A DNA stretch of 63,838 bases, counting the filler, from Octopus bimaculoides (taxonomy: Eukaryota): the NCBI RefSeq assembly GCF_001194135.2. It is 4 parts of 4 records of this genome, joined end to end, with 100 filler letters (N's around TTAATTAATTAA, not from the genome) between each part and the next. Parts side by side here need not be neighbours in the genome. Positions count along the whole stretch, not along the records: positions 11,795 to 42,349 come from NC_068997.1; positions 42,450 to 55,280 come from NC_068984.1; 2 more parts are not named here. The stretch is one strand, 5' to 3'. Under the pieces are notes generated by a model. That model was not told where the DNA came from. It was given only the letters and a program-made list of their open reading frames with translations, and made no database searches. Of this stretch, positions 38,596 to 51,339 are shown piece by piece. The translations under genes were made by a program, and so were the position numbers. Position 1 is the stretch's first letter. Each line of letters opens with the position of its first letter.

Positions 38596-39150
38596 AGGGT
38601 AAGTCAAAAAGTAATGCCATTTTGTTTAGGACAGGTAAAATTACCAACACAGGAACATGTATCATACATCAAAATGAAGCTGGTCCTCCATGGATCACAT
38701 CCCTACTTCTCAACATAGTCACCGTTTCTCTCAATAGCAATGTTCCAGCTTCGAATGAGAGCATGTATCCCTGCCCCGTAAAATTCTGTTGACTGTTCTT
38801 TGAGTCACTTCTTCACTACAAAGTAATAGAAACAACACCTTCTTTAGAAGGCTCGTAACAGGTGAAGGCTCGTAACAGGTGATGAAACAGTTGGGTTCAT
38901 CATTATGAACCAGAATCATAGAGGCAGTCAATGGAATGGCGCCACCGAAAAAGTTCAAGACACAAAATTCAGCTGAAAAATCATGGTGACTGTGATTTGG
39001 GATGCACAAAGTGTCATTCTGGTCGATTTCTTGCCAAAAGGAAAAGCAAGAAACTCATAATAAGCTTCATTTTGATGTATGATACATGTTCCTGTGTTGG
39101 TAATTATACCTGTCCTAAACAAAATAGCACTACTTTCTGACTAACCCTCA
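38594..39150. mobile_element. Internally deleted and rearranged mariner element with ~90-bp TIRs and TA target duplication
   Basis: TA|caagggtaagtcaaaaagt...catcaaaatgaagc is inverted at gcttcattttgatg...tgactaaccctca|TA. Plus strand encodes RLVTGDET/WVHHYEPES*RQSMEWRH; minus strand encodes EFYGAGIHALIRSWNIAIERNGDYVEK*. Confidence 0.9.
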
Positions 39151-39152
39151 TA

Positions 39153-39595
39153 TTTTTCTTCCTTGGCTGTCGCCGAGCAAATACACGAACCATTTTGTCC
39201 CTACTTTCAAGTTCGTGCCTCACAGCGTTCACACACAAACAATTTTTCTCGTCTGGCCGTAAAGCCTTTTCTGTTTGTTTTCCTGTCTTGTTTTTTGTCC
39301 ACCACAACATTCCTCCATGGCAAGATTTAATTTGTGTATACAAATTTAATTTGCGGTCCATGGGAAGAGCTGTTTTAATGATGCGTCCTGCCTAGCTCTT
39401 CGAAACGCCGGTGTTAAAACGGAGGTAGCTGATGAAGTAGAATGTTCTCTATGTGGCTTGTGTGTTTTCTCGTCTCTGTTTTGTTTGCAATGTCCTGTAC
39501 CCAGATATGCACCTATACATACAGGTGGATGTTGGTATGCACATACCTGTATGTATATATGCATATACTCATTTACTATTTGTTTATATATATAT
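39153..39595. repeat. Dispersed repeat whose 3' part recurs at 18030-18200 and 18870-19040
   Basis: Shared tgtcctgtacccagatatgcacctata.atacaggt.ga.gt.ggtatgcacatacctgta; contains gaagagct...agctcttcgaaac. Confidence 0.7.
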
Positions 39596-41033
39596 ATATA
39601 TACGACAGGCTTCTTTCAGTTTCCATCTACCAAATCCACTCAGAAGGTTTTGGTCGGCTCGAGGCTGTAGTAGAAAACACTTGCCCCAAGGTGCCACACA
39701 GTGGGACTGAGCCCAGAACCATGTGGTTGGGATGCAAGCTTCTTACCACACAGCCATGCCTGCACCTCCCAGATATAGTTTTAAAGCCCAAATTGTATGG
39801 TGTAATTTGGAGGAAATTTGGCTGCTATTTCGGGCAGGTCGAGTGACCATGTATAGACTCCCAATGTAGTAACGTCGATGACAATGATTCTTTTTTTATC
39901 AGATCAAATAAAACTCTCCTGCACCCTCCCACTCTGCAAAAATATAAATTTTTCCTATATTTTCAAATAATAACACTAGAAAACTTCCTGAAAAAGCAAC
40001 AAAAAAACAAAAGAGAGAGAGAGAGGGAGAAGAAAAGAAAGGAAAGGCATTTTTTTTGTTGGGTTTTACTTTATCGTTCACAACCACCACCCACCCATCC
40101 TCACTCCAAACTAATAGAATTAGTCTACATTATCTTGTTTTTTTTTCTATTTCTTAATTGAATTAATTTTCAGTGATGTTACACCAGCAGTATATCTGAT
40201 TAGATTTCAGCTACTTGATATCCGATTCCTGAATTTCTGGATAAAAGCCATTATCTACTCTGCTGGAGTAAGGATTGGCCGGTAGGCGGCGGTAGTGGGC
40301 GTATTAGGAAATCAAATGAATAATTAAAGGAAATCTAAGAAGTTGGAGGAGGAGGAGGAGGGAGGAGGAGTGTTGGAATATGCATGGTTTTATAGAACTG
40401 CATGTATATGCGTGTGCGTGTGTATTTATAGTTGAATAAATTTGTATGTTTGTAAAAACATGTACCTGCACACACACACACACGTATCATTTCTCCTTTA
40501 TTTGTGTCAGGCATTAGGCTGTGGCCATGCTGGGGCACCGTCTTGGAGAATCTTTAGTTGAATAGAATGTCCCCCCCCACCAACACCACCACCACCACCT
40601 CAGTACTTCTCTTAAACTTCATACTTATTTTATTGGTTTCTTTTGCCAGACAGCTAGGAGTGTGGATGTGTATGCGTGTATATATATGCATATATACATA
40701 TATGTATAGTCTTTGGCGAGTATGTGGGTGAGCATGTGTGTGTTTAAAGCGAGGGTAGTTTTAGTATATAAATATAAGCGAATGTACATATTGGTGCGCT
40801 TACGCAAACCTATAGGCTTCTCTACTCCCTTACCTTTACCTTACTTAACGGTCTATTAGCTCTTTTGTCTTAATGACGGTCATCACACAGTAAATTCCCT
40901 TTGTTTAACGGTCATTTTTTACAGGAATTTTCAATGGCCGGATAACTGAAGAGATGTTGGCGTGGGCTCCCACCTCGGTATCCGAAACTCTGAGTTTTAT
41001 CATGGCTATCGAATAAGTGTCACATATTTTTAC

Positions 41034-41068
<35 letters not shown>

Positions 41069-41717
41069 NNNNNNNNNNNNNNNNNNNNNNNNNNNNNNNN
41101 NNNNNNNNNNNNNNNNNNNNNNNNNNNNNNNNNNNNNNNNNNNNNNNNNNNNNNNNNNNNNNNNNNNNNNNNNNNNNNNNNNNNNNNNNNNNNNNNNNNN
41201 NNNNNNNNNNNNNNNNNNNNNNNNNNNNNNNNNNNNNNNNNNNNNNNNNNNNNNNNNNNNNNNNNNNNNNNNNNNNNNNNNNNNNNNNNNNNNNNNNNNN
41301 NNNNNNNNNNNNNNNNNNNNNNNNNNNNNNNNNNNNNNNNNNNNNNNNNNNNNNNNNNNNNNNNNNNNNNNNNNNNNNNNNNNNNNNNNNNNNNNNNNNN
41401 NNNNNNNNNNNNNNNNNNNNNNNNNNNTTCTTCTCTTACTCTTGTTTTTTGCAAACAACTTCAAAATGACTTTCTAAAATGAAATTCCTTTATGCAGCTG
41501 AGGAGTACATTTTCATTGTATTTTCTGTGGTGTTCTCACTACATGAATAAATGGAGCTTGTACGAAACGTACGTACTGCTATAACCTATTGAATTTTTGT
41601 TGCTTAACTTCAAATTTTATTCACCAAATCTCTTGATTTTGTTTTTGGTTTTTATCCTACCAAATTCTGGTGCCTCAAGCATTTTAAGTACCACATTTAA
41701 TCTTTTGATTAAATCTA

Positions 41718-41760
<43 letters not shown>

Positions 41761-42073
41761 TATATGTGGATGTATATTTATCGACATACTTATGCATGCA
41801 TAGAAGTATGTGTGTGTGTGTGTGTGGTGTGTGTGTATGTTCTTTTGTATATTGTGTTTCAGCCATGCTGGAGCACTGCCTTAAAGGGCTTTTAGTCAAC
41901 GAAATCAACCCCAGGACTTATTCTTTGTAAGCCTAGTACTTGTTCTATCAGTCTCTTTTGCCAAACTGCTAAGTTAACGGCACATAAACCCACCAACATT
42001 GGTTGTTGAGCGATGGTAGGGGGAGGGGGTAAACACAGACACAAAGATACACATGCATAAATAAATATACATG

Positions 42074-42129
<56 letters not shown>

Positions 42130-42349
42130 GAGGAATTCAAGACAGGTTGCCCCTGGGAGCTCCTCTATGCTGATGACCTTGCACTAATTGCGCAGTCACT
42201 ATCAGAACTAGAGGAGAAGTTTAAGGTGTGGAAGCAAGGACTAGAATCGAAGGGCCTTAGAGTCAACCTAGCTAAAACCAAAATCCTAATAAGTAGGAAG
42301 GTAGATAAAACACAAACCCCTTCAGGTAGATGGCCCTGCTCAGTATGCA
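42130..42349 (+). mobile_element. RTE-clade reverse transcriptase fragment, uninterrupted frame, truncated by the scaffold gap
   Basis: EEFKTGCPWELLYADDLALIAQSLSELEEKFKVWKQGLESKGLRVNLAKTKIL...RWPCSVC contains the YADD catalytic motif with no stops, suggesting a young copy. Confidence 0.9.
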
Positions 42350-42449
42350 NNNNNNNNNNNNNNNNNNNNNNNNNNNNNNNNNNNNNNNNNNNNTTAATTA
42401 ATTAANNNNNNNNNNNNNNNNNNNNNNNNNNNNNNNNNNNNNNNNNNNN
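42350..42449. other. Artificial scaffold-join spacer
   Basis: Identical 44N-TTAATTAATTAA-44N structure. Confidence 0.95.
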
Positions 42450-42714
42450 CTTTCCTTCGTTGCCTCTCTTTTACTTGTTCTCTCGTTCTGTCTTCTTTTA
42501 TCTGTCTGTCTGTCTGTCTGAATGTCTATCTGCATGTACGTATTTATGTATGTATGCTTGTATGTATGTCTCTCTTTCTCCTTTCTCTCTCTCTTTCTCC
42601 TTTCTCTCTCTCTTTCTCCTTTCTCTCTCTATTTCTCCTTTCTCTCTCCCTTTCTCCTTTCTCTCTCTCTTTCTCCTTTCTCTCTCTCTTTCTCCCCCAC
42701 CCCCTCTCTCTCAG

Positions 42715-42831
42715 CCGAACTCGAGAACATCTCCACAAGTTTCCTCTGAGATTTGTCGTCATATCCAGAGTAAATACTACTGTATGTGCTACAGTGGGAA
42801 GGAGCAGCATAGAGCTATTCACAAAAGAACG
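42715..42831 (+). CDS. Weak candidate exon (two open frames), product unknown
   Basis: (CT)n tract with cag|C acceptor and ACG|gtatga donor; 117 nt. No recognisable homology. Confidence 0.2.
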
Positions 42832-43379
42832 GTATGAGGAATAGGTGCTGTTTTTGACTTCTTTGCATATCAGTGGACTCGTTTGCAAGGCATATAAAAT
42901 AACAGCAGTACCGAAATAGTAGATGCATGTGCTTTGTGTGAGTGTGTGAATGTGTGTATATGTGTGTGTGCGTGTGTGTGTAATAATAAATGAGTTTGAC
43001 ATTCGAGCATTTGATGAACATAGTGCAACAATGCTATATAAATAAATCTTGTGATGAAACTACACAACTCTCTCTGCAGGACGAAATAGTCAAGCTAACC
43101 ACGGCCCCATTCCCTTAAATTCACAGGAAGAATAAATGTACATCCATTAAATGACAACAATTTATTTACTCAGAAACACATACACTATCTTAACATACGT
43201 GCTGCCAGCGAATGTACTGATTTGAAAACGAATAAAATCAACGACTGTTAGACATACAACTGTTTATAAGAAGTTCCATACTGCTAATTCTTGCACTGGA
43301 ATGAACGCGAATAGAATAAATTAATAAGGTGGCATTGACCAGTCAAAGCTTATCGAGCTGTTCTCAGATTGGGGTTGTT

Positions 43380-45650
43380 GAAAATATTCCCTGGTTTAAC
43401 TAAAAGGTCTTTTTTACACAGTGTGTCTACATAAAATATTATTTCAGTATAGGAATTGGTATTTCTGGATATACTACCTCGTCTATTTTTGCCAGGTCAT
43501 TAATTTTATCTTTGTCATCGTTGTCTCTTGTTCATCAGTATATGAACATGAGGTTTTTACCGATTTCTAGAATTCAATTTAACAGCCATATGTTTCAACA
43601 TGTTCTACCATATTATTTTCTAAAATGCGCTGTTTTGGACCCTCAAACTTTTTGGCGGAATTGCATGGGATGCCGTCGTGACATGCAACGTTGATTTATT
43701 CCAGAAAATGGAAACAGCGAAAGACAGAGAAGCATTGACCCCTGTACAAGACTAGGTCTTTGTTTATTAATTCTGAAATGATGAAAGGCAAAGTTGGTCT
43801 CGACGAAATTTGAACTCATTGTGCAGAGAACCAATCTGAATCGATTGTCGATTTTATAATAAACCCTCTTACCACAATAACTGGTCCGTCTGAAGGGCGT
43901 TGTCCAGAAAAAAGATGATCACTAATTTCATCTCAAGAAGGATTGTATTTCATAGTGTTAAATAAACTTAGCTTCCTAAATTTTCTCACCGTAGCCATAG
44001 CACTATGATAGCTCTTTCTCGTATTCCTTGGAGAACTTCGAAACGATGATGCTACAATAACTGTGTAGCCTATGTGAGATGACTAATAAATCTTTGATAA
44101 TGTTCAACTCTAAACTCAATGTAAATTGGCCTGAAAGAGAATTGCAGAAAAAATTTCTGCATCATCGGCAGCAGTAGTTAGATTATCAGTAAATGTTTGA
44201 TGCTGTTCAACTCTGCGATGTCCCTGTTGATATCTTCTATGGTTCAAATCATTTGGCTCCACTTGAGCATGAGAGTAAAAAAAAAATCATTATTAAAATA
44301 ATTTTCTACAATAAAAATTTAGGCCGAATTCTTTTACTGCTGCTTGTGGAACATTGTATTGCCTCATACAAATATCGGTACATCTATTGTTGGTAAATAG
44401 TTAAGGATTAGTGTCCAATTCTGGCTGTCATTCTGGTTCACTATGAGGATAGAATAATGTGTAAGTCATTAAGTCGAGATTAAGGTCCAAAATGTTCATA
44501 TTGGTGAGGGGAGTCTCTTTATTTCATTTAAGAAGGTGTCACCATCAATATTATAAGCATCATTACCACTTCATTCACAGGTGGCAAGTATTAACATTAT
44601 CGGTCACTGTTTATTCCTCTCTTGAATCCCATTCTGGCTGTTAATGTTGAAATATATTCTGATGCTTGTTGAGATTCTTCACTTTTAACACCTTCTAACA
44701 TTTTATATGCGAAAGCATAAATATTATTCGCTCTGATAATTTTATCTAAAGTCACCATAATCTGTGGATTGCATCTTGGATTCTATATTCTGTTCTGATT
44801 CTATATTCTAACATTAGTGGCCATTTTAAAATCAAGTATGCAATGTTGGCACATTGTCGACCTTCGTCTCTAGGATACATATTGCTCAGGCAAAGATATA
44901 TTTGGCTATGAACAGGAAAACAATATGGCCTCTAGTGTGTTGAGTTATAAAATCTAATATAGTATTTGTAGCGATTGTAATAGAGATTCCATAAATGGTT
45001 CATTATATCGCAGTATTTCTCTTTGGAAAAGCAATATGATTTCACCTTTGTAACAGCAATTATTGAATTTACCATCTGAAGGACGTTTTGCTAAGAAATA
45101 TTTAACACCACAAAATTGACAAACAATATTCATGGACTTCCATGTAAATTTCTTCTGAAAAAACTATTGTCATCGACTGTAATAATTTGAACGCTTGCAT
45201 TTCTTGTATTATTGATAATATCTACATTTCTTTGCTTTGTGTTGATATTATTTTCTTCAACATTTCGGACAATAAGAACCATAGACCTCTCTCTAGCAAT
45301 TAATCTTCTTTCTTTATCCTTGCTTTCACTTTCCAGTCTTTAGCTATTTGTCTTCTCCCTGTTCCTTACATTTTTTCTTCTGGTGTTTTATTTCATCTTC
45401 TTCTATTATATGTATTCCTTCTCCTATATCATTGCTTCTGTTTCATCTTTTGTTTCCTGTTTTACAACATTTTTTTCTTTCTAATTCACATTTGGTTTTG
45501 ACTTCTTTTTATATAATTTCCACGGGATAACTGTACGTCTATTTTACTTACAGTTACCTTGTATCGTTGATAACTCTTAATAGTGTATTTCTTTTCTCTG
45601 CGCTTCTCTCTGTCGTAGTCTTGGTATGTCTTTCTTTTCTAGGGTTAATC
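43380..45650 (-). mobile_element. Decayed autonomous-type Helitron (Rep part of RepHel), interrupted by a SINE at ~43700-43850
   Basis: Colinear minus-strand motifs: MNIVCQFCGVKYFLAKRPSDGKFNNCCYKG (~45044-45133), LDLMTYTLFYPHSEPE*QPEL (~44410-44480), SSFRSSPRNTRKSYHSAMATVRKFRK (~43975-44050) and the HUH motif IEF*K/PHVHIL (~43535-43580). Confidence 0.85.
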
Positions 45651-46959
45651 ACTGCAAATTTTAATCTAAATCTCCCATGCAGGTGATCACAGTCAGTGAG
45701 GTGAGGTTTGTGACAGATGGGGAGAGAAAAAATAATTTACTTTATATATGACATAGAATAAAAGAGATATTAATTTTAGAAAAAAAAAATTCTACGTATT
45801 TACTTGATGATCAAAGAAAGATGTATTTATGTATACCAAACAACCGTAAATTATACTCACAAATTTGAAATCATAAGGTAGAAAGTAAAATTCAAGATGA
45901 CGTTTTTGATTATTTGATTATGTGCGACTTGTAATAAAACAAATTAATTAAAATATAAATATTTGACTAAAAAACAAAACGATGACCTCTCTTTACCTGA
46001 ACATCCAAGAAAGATTTCGTTATATCTACGAAACAATAGTGTCTCCTATTCACGAATTTTTAANNNNNNNNNNNNNNNNNNNNNNNNNNNNNNNNNNNNN
46101 NNNNNNNNNNNNNNNNNNNNNNNNNNNNNNNNNNNNNNNNNNNNNNNNNNNNNNNNNNNNNNNNNNNNNNNNNNNNNNNNNNNNNNNNNNNNNNNNNNNN
46201 NNNNNNNNNNNNNNNNNNNNNNNNNNNNNNNNNNNNNNNNNNNNNNNNNNNNNNNNNNNNNNNNNNNNNNNNNNNNNNNNNNNNNNNNNNNNNNNNNNNN
46301 NNNNNNNNNNNNNNNNNNNNNNNNNNNNNNNNNNNNNNNNNNNNNNNNNNNNNNNNNNNNNNNNNNNNNNNNNNNNNNNNNNNNNNNNNNNNNNNNNNNN
46401 NNNNNNNNNNNNNNNNNNNNNNNNNNNNNNNNNNNNNNNNNNNNNNNNNNNNNNNNNNNNNNNNNNNNNNNNNNNNNNNNNNNNNNNNNNNNNNNNNNNN
46501 NNNNNNNNNNNNNNNNNNNNNNNNNNNNNNNNNNNNNNNNNNNNNNNNNNNNNNNNNNNNNNNNNNNNNNNNNNNNNNNNNNNNNNNNNNNNNNNNNNNN
46601 NNNNNNNNNNNNNNNNNNNNNNNNNNNNNNNNNNNNNNNNNNNNNNNNNNNNNNNNNNNNNNNNNNNNNNNNNNNNNNNNNNNNNNNNNNNNNNNNNNNN
46701 NNNNNNNNNNNNNNNNNNNNNNNNNNNNNNNNNNNNNNNNNNNNNNNNNNNNNNNNNNNNNNNNNNNNNNNNNNNNNNNNNNNNNNNNNNNNNNNNNNNN
46801 NNNNNNNNNNNNNNNNNNNNNNNNNNNNNNNNNNNNNNNNNNNNNNNNNNNNNNNNNNNNNNNNNNNNNNNNNNNNNNNNNNNNNNNNNNNNNNNNNNNN
46901 NNNNNNNNNNNNNNNNNNNNNNNNNNNNNNNNNNNNNNNNNNNNNNNNNNNNNNNTATA

Positions 46960-47262
46960 TGCTGAGACCCCCTTCGGTCATGACTGACCATGGGATTGCA
47001 CCTAGAAAGTTACCCTCCCAGGCACAAGTCCGGGCAAGGTTGTTTTATGGAAGACCGGCAATCGCCCATGCATACCGGCCTCCCCTCTCCACGTCACCAG
47101 TATTATCCAAGGGACAGGCAAAGGGGCCAATACAGCTTGGCACCTGTGACGACGCTGCTCATTTCTACAGCTGAGTGAACTGGAGCAACGTGAAATAAAG
47201 TGTCTTGCTCAAGGACACAACACGCAGCCCGGTCCAGGATTCGAACTCACAATCTCATGCGC
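46960..47262 (-). mobile_element. tRNA-derived SINE with a CORE/V-like central domain
   Basis: Minus strand gtgagttcgaatcctgg...ccttgagcaagacactttatttcacgttgctccagttcactcagctg; the same central motif occurs at ~47905-47950. Confidence 0.7.
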
Positions 47263-47376
47263 CTTCACATATATATACACATGCATATATGGGTACAGGA
47301 CGTCACCAACGGTGCAAATTACATAAAATACGTAAACAACGAGAAAAAAAGGAAAACAGGACAAGTTAACACAGTT

Positions 47377-47413
<37 letters not shown>

Positions 47414-47788
47414 NNNNNNNNNNNNNNNNNNNNNNNNNNNNNNNNNNNNNNNNNNNNNNNNNNNNNNNNNNNNNNNNNNNNNNNNNNNNNNNNNNNNNNN
47501 NNNNNNNNNNNNNNNNNNNNNNNNNNNNNNNNNNNNNNNNNNNNNNNNNNNNNNNNNNNNNNNNNNNNNNNNNNNNNNNNNNNNNNNNNNNNNNNNNNNN
47601 NNNNNNNNNNNNNNNNNNNNNNNNNNNNNNNNNNNNNNNNNNNNNNNNNNNNNNNNNNNNNNNNNNNNNNNNNNNNNNNNNNNNNNNNNNNNNNNNNNNN
47701 NNNNNNNNNNNNNNNNNNNNNNNNNNNNNNNNNNNNNNNNNNNNNNNNNNNNNNNNNNNNNNNNNNNNNNNNNNNNNNNNNNNNNNNN

Positions 47789-47822
<34 letters not shown>

Positions 47823-48153
47823 GTAGGCGCGTGGGTTAGTGGTTAAGGTATTCGGCTCCCTATCGTAAGATCATGATTTCAATTTCCGGCGACGTGTTAT
47901 GTCCTTGAGCAAGATACTTTATTTTCACGTTGCTCCAGCCCACTCAGCTGGCAAAAATGAGCAGTATCTATATTTCAAAGGGCCAACCTTGTCACATTCT
48001 GTGTCATCTTGAATCTCCTTGAGAGCTACATTAAGGGTACATGTGTCTGTGGAGTGCTCAACCACGCTAATTTCACGAGCACGCTGTTCTGTTGGTCGGA
48101 TCAACTGGAACCCTCATCGTTGTAACCGACGGAATGCCAGATTACACACACAC

Positions 48154-48221
<68 letters not shown>

Positions 48222-48231
48222 NNNNNNNNNN

Positions 48232-48304
<73 letters not shown>

Positions 48305-49983
48305 CAATAAGAAAATGGAGTAGAATATGTGGTACTCATCAACTTGCAGACATTGTATTTATTATGTCAATTAGCCTGTTTATTTTTCAGCTAAGAGGAC
48401 AGGACAGTAAAAACAATATACAAACACATATGACATATTATGTCATATCAGTAATAAAAATTAAAAAGGACATCCAGTGGCCGAATGTCTTACAGCTGTT
48501 TTAGTAATTGGGTATCATTCTGGCAGTATATTGGATAGATATTATTCCTTAGTGGGTTGGATCCACAACCCCTAACTTTCTTGGATTATATATATATATG
48601 GGTACAGGATATCACCAGCTGTAAACAACATGAAGTACGAAAACAAACGAGTTGAATACGCAAAGAGATTAAAAAATGGAAAACAGAACAAGTGATACAA
48701 AGAATGACCCTTCATAAGTTGTCGGCTGTCTATCTACTCCTCATTTCAAGCATTCAATGACAATATGAGTTTTCGAAGACAATTGCTCCTATAACATCCA
48801 AAATAAAATTTTGGATTTATGAAACAAAAACAAAAACAGCTGGGAACAAAAACAGGACCGTAGAGACATATAAGGAAACCGAACGAAAACAAGCATGAAG
48901 GTTCGTTAGAGCAGAACGCAGTAGTGAACGTTGGGAGAAATGGTTTTTTTTTTGAAAAGAGACAGATAAAAGACGTCTATTCATTGGGACGTCGTACAGG
49001 AATAGAAAGATGGTCACGTGAGTAAAAGAAAGATGGGCGATGGTCNNNNNNNNNNNNNNNNNNNNNNNNNNNNNNNNNNNNNNNNNNNNNNNNNNNNNNN
49101 NNNNNNNNNNNNNNNNNNNNNNNNNNNNNNNNNNNNNNNNNNNNNNNNNNNNNNNNNNNNNNNNNNNNNNNNNNNNNNNNNNNNNNNNNNNNNNNNNNNN
49201 NNNNNNNNNNNNNNNNNNNNNNNNNNNNNNNNNNNNNNNNNNNNNNNNNNNNNNNNNNNNNNNNNNNNNNNNNNNNNNNNNNNNNNNNNNNNNNNNNNNN
49301 NNNNNNNNNNNNNNNNNNNNNNNNNNNNNNNNNNNNNNNNNNNNNNNNNNNNNNNNNNNNNNNNNNNNNNNNNNNNNNNNNNNNNNNNNNNNNNNNNNNN
49401 NNNNNNNNNNNNNNNNNNNNNNNNNNNNNNNNNNNNNNNNNNNNNNNNNNNNNNNNNNNNNNNNNNNNNNNNNNNNNNNNNNNNNNNNNNNNNNNNNNNN
49501 NNNNNNNNNNNNNNNNNNNNNNNNNNNNNNNNNNNNNNNNNNNNNNNNNNNNNNNNNNNNNNNNNNNNNNNNNNNNNNNNNNNNNNNNNNNNNNNNNNNN
49601 NNNNNNNNNNNNNNNNNNNNNNNNNNNNNNNNNNNNNNNNNNNNNNNNNNNNNNNNNNNNNNNNNNNNNNNNNNNNNNNNNNNNNNNNNNNNNNNNNNNN
49701 NNNNNNNNNNNNNNNNNNNNNNNNNNNNNNNNNNNNNNNNNNNNNNNNNNNNNNNNNNNNNNNNNNNNNNNNNNNNNNNNNNNNNNNNNNNNNNNNNNNN
49801 NNNNNNNNNNNNNNNNNNNNNNNNNNNNNNNNNNNNNNNNNNNNNNNNNNNNNNNNNNNNNNNNNNNNNNNNNNNNNNNNNNNNNNNNNNNNNNNNNNNN
49901 NNNNNNNNNNNNNNNNNNNNNNNNNNNNNNNNNNNNNNNNNNNNNNNNNNNNNNNNNNNNNNNNNNNNNNNNNNNNNNNNNNN

Positions 49984-50024
<41 letters not shown>

Positions 50025-50418
50025 CATACATACATATGTACATGCATATATACACATACATACATATGCATATATATGTGTGAGTGTATATATATGCATA
50101 CATATATATGTATTTATATATCTATGCATGTATATATATATGTATATATGTATATATATATGTATAATAAATACACCCATAAAACTACGCTCATAGATGA
50201 ATACATAAATATATATGTATGTATACCTATGTATGTACATATGTATATAAATATATGTATATATATATGTATATATGTATACATATACAGATATATATAA
50301 TATGTATGTATGTATAATACATACATACATACATCAATTTACGCACACAGATGAATTCATAAACATGAATGTATATCTATGCTTGTTTGCTTATTCACAT
50401 GTAAGTGTATATATTTGC

Positions 50419-50465
<47 letters not shown>

Positions 50466-50504
50466 CGCACATACACAGAAACATAGATATACATGCTTAT
50501 GTAC

Positions 50505-50553
<49 letters not shown>

Positions 50554-50598
50554 CGTGCGTGTGTGTGTGTGTGTGTGTATATATATCTGTATATGCAT

Positions 50599-50639
<41 letters not shown>

Positions 50640-50666
50640 CAGAGAGATAGACAGACACACGCACAC

Positions 50667-50699
<33 letters not shown>

Positions 50700-50700
50700 T
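49984..50700. repeat. Long degenerate (TA)/(CA)/(TAGA)/(TATG) microsatellite field
   Basis: Direct inspection. Similar fields at 3880-4265, 34650-34960 and 58940-59720, and pure tracts at 392-467 (GACG), 52505-52615 (TTC) and 52815-52920 (AG). Confidence 0.9.
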
Positions 50701-51339
50701 GCACTAGTTTCATGGCAGAGTAACCATTTTGCCATTTCACAGCACACAAAATCTTTTATATATACTTTTTGCATTTTCGCATCATATGTGTATGTTTCAG
50801 TGAAGATATGCATGTTTTGTGCATGTGTGCGTGTTTGTAAGTGTGTATGTGTCGCTCTAGCCAAGTTAGTGAACGGGTCAACGGTTTTTAGCTCATCACT
50901 AGTGCTCTGATTTGTCCATAGGCTACGAAAGAAAAATCACTTTCATTCATATCAAGCGATTTCACGGAAGAGAAAATATAAAAATGTTTCCTGTAAAAGA
51001 AAGCAACAAAGAAAAAAAACAACCAAAGAATAAAAATAAGAAACGTTCTGCTCAAGTACCGTACGTCCTCAACACAAATGAACATGTTTGAAATATTTCA
51101 GGTAGAGATCATCGTAAATGTAGCGTCTGATATAACACGAAATGTCTTAGCATTAATCATGAAGTTTTTCCGCACCAGGTACAAATATCTCCAGGTCTTT
51201 GATAACTATTTTAAGGCTAGCTATAGTTGAACTCAAAATGTCGGAAGTACAATTTATAAAATCATAAAAAAGCAATTTCGCTAGTAGAGATATAATTAGG
51301 TCAGCGGAATACAAATCTAACAATCTATCACCTTGTTCG

